From: Polyangiales bacterium
GTDB lineage: Bacteria > Myxococcota_A > Polyangia > Polyangiales > Polyangiaceae
Assembly: GCA_038230375.1 (NCBI GenBank)
Contig: JBBRNJ010000066.1
Span: 1 to 49,570, forward strand
Length of the DNA: 49,570 bases
Reading direction: 5' to 3'
Shown piece by piece: positions 48,201 through 49,570 of this stretch. Made by a program: the position numbers and the translations under genes. Positions within the stretch are counted from its first letter, which is position 1; each line of letters begins with the position of its first letter. Below the pieces are notes generated by a model, which was given only the letters and a program-made list of their open reading frames with translations, did not search any database and was not told the DNA's origin.

Positions 48201-49570
48201 GGACGCTGCAGTCGACGTACAACCTGGACCGGCAGCTCTCGCAGCTGATCCGGCCCGATGGAACCATCCAGGCGACCTATGATCCCTTCGGGAGGCCGGA
48301 CCGTCAGCTGAGCACGCTGTTCGTGGCGACGCGCACGTACAACGCGGCGGACCAGGTGGTGAGGCTGGATGGGAACGAGGAGTCTCTTGCGTACGCGTAT
48401 GACGGCTCGTTGCTTCGGTCGACGACGTACCTTGGTCCGATATCTGGCTCAGTGTCGCGTGTGTTCGACAACCTGTTCCGGGTGACGCAGATCACCGCGG
48501 GCGGCGCGAGCACGCCGTACGGCTACGACAACGACGGCCTGCTGATGCAGGCGGGATTCGTGCAGTATGCACGCGATCTGACGAACGGCCGCGTCACCGG
48601 CTCGCAGGCCACGAGCGTGTTGGATTCGTGGGCGTACGACGCGTACGGAGCGCCGAATCACTACGACGCGCGCGATGCAGGCGGCTCGGTGCTGGCGCTG
48701 GACTACACGCGGGATCAAGGCGGGAGGATCACGCAGATCTCGGAAGCGCTGCTCGGAGGGGCGGCAACCGCGACGAACTACGACTACGACACGGCGGGCC
48801 GGCTGTCCTCCGTGACGTCTGGCGGCACGACGACGACGTACGGCTACGATCTGAACGGCAACCGTACGCAGCTGAACGGCGTGAGCGTCGCCACGTACGA
48901 CGCGCAAGACCGCATGCTCGCGTACGGCGACAACACGTACGCGTACACCGCAGGCGGCGATCTGCTCACGAAGACCGCGCCCGTGGGCGTCACTGGGTAC
49001 ACGTACGATCTGTACGGCTCGCTGCACCAGGCGACGCTGCCTGACGGTACGCAGCTCGACTACACGATCGATCCAACGCATCGGCGCATCGGGAAGACGC
49101 GGAACGGGACGCTGGAGCAGGGCTTCTTGTACAACGGGATTCATCCCCTCGTGGAGCTGGATGGCGCGGGCGCGACGGTGAGCGTGTTCCAGTACGGCGC
49201 TCGGGGGAACGTGCCGGAGAGCATGTCGAAGGCGGGGGTGAACTACCGCTTGGTGACGGACCATCTGGGGAGCGTGCGGGTCGTGGTGAACGCGAGCACG
49301 GGTGCAGTCGCGCAGGCGATGAGCTACGATGCATGGGGTAACGTCACGAGCGACACCAACCCGGGTTTCCAGCCTTTTGGTTACGCGGGGGGGCTCTACG
49401 ACAGGGACCTGAAGCTGGTGCGCTTCGGGGCGCGCGATTACGATCCGGAGACCGGGAGGTGGACGAGCAAGGATGGTGCGAGCATCGCGGGCGGCCTGAA
49501 CCTGTACCGCTACGCGAACGACGAGCCGCTGAACTATGTGGACCGCACGGGTCAACGACCCGATGGCGAT
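42258..49570 (+). CDS. Teneurin-like RHS/YD-repeat lipoprotein (Cys repeats, FN-plug, NHL, YD shell); frameshift near 44406; 3' end outside the window
   Basis: TTG after GGGAGGA; lipobox LLSC. After NHAEL the frame shifts to (G)VTYTRDDGRFDFAANGG...RATEFTVG...YTWDGKDGYGR...LGGLTLDSRH...LYYGDG. NHL repeats (GDGGPA) and YD repeats follow, then PFGYAGGLYD...RFGARDYDPETGRWTSKD. I translated parts by hand. The absence of any closed ORF in this frame in the track indicates it stays open to the end. Confidence 0.9.
42816..44190 (+). repeat. Eight full (about 54 aa, 162 nt, 6 Cys) plus one partial DDxNPCTxDxC repeats
   Basis: Units begin SDNNPC, DDHNPC, DDGNPC, DDGNPC, DDGNAC, DDLNPC, DDGNAC, DTSNPC and SDMDAC (partial). 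They resemble CTDC-type Cys repeats. Confidence 0.92.

Noticed and set aside
44777..49555. The many short ORFs listed here, including 48449-49555 (-)
   Set aside because: All are shadows of the open + strand teneurin/RHS frame, which the track omitted because it has no stop in the window.

Overview
High-GC, gene-dense window that looks like a myxobacterium (Polyangiaceae-like). This is inferred from two Hanks-type Ser/Thr kinases, many Cys-rich or Asp-Ala-Gly-rich lipoproteins and a myxobacterial-type ferritin-like lipoprotein. No rRNA, tRNA, CRISPR array, integrase or transposase was recognised. Layout: (1) 1-16.1 kb is a signalling island. It has three CheA-like Hpt-HATPase kinases without a CheW domain, fed by different inputs (a FIST/NosP partner, a periplasmic sensor plus HAMP, and a His-rich membrane domain). 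It also has two CheY-like proteins, CheX, three paralogous REC-CheX-tail proteins (the two complete ones have Glu in place of the phospho-Asp), a di-haem cytochrome c peroxidase and a c'-like cytochrome. No MCP, CheW, CheR or CheB is present. (2) 16.5-29.9 kb holds two Ser/Thr kinases, a ferritin-like lipoprotein, a lipase-fold protein, an L,D-transpeptidase, two GTCGAR hexamer repeat tracts and a four-gene operon in which every product, including an outer-membrane beta-barrel, carries one CxxCH motif. (3) 29.9-41.8 kb holds purine catabolism genes (allB, an alc-uraD fusion, uraH) split by about 6.8 kb of unrelated genes, plus pirin and PAP2. (4) 42.3 kb to the end is a >2,400-codon lipoprotein-anchored teneurin-like/RHS protein, mostly missed by the ORF track because of a 1-nt frameshift and an open end. 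Its toxin tip lies beyond the window. The best novelty candidates are the mono-haem cytochrome/CxxCH-porin operon and the receptor-less, haem-linked kinase/CheX network. All family calls come from motif recognition by eye, with no database searches.
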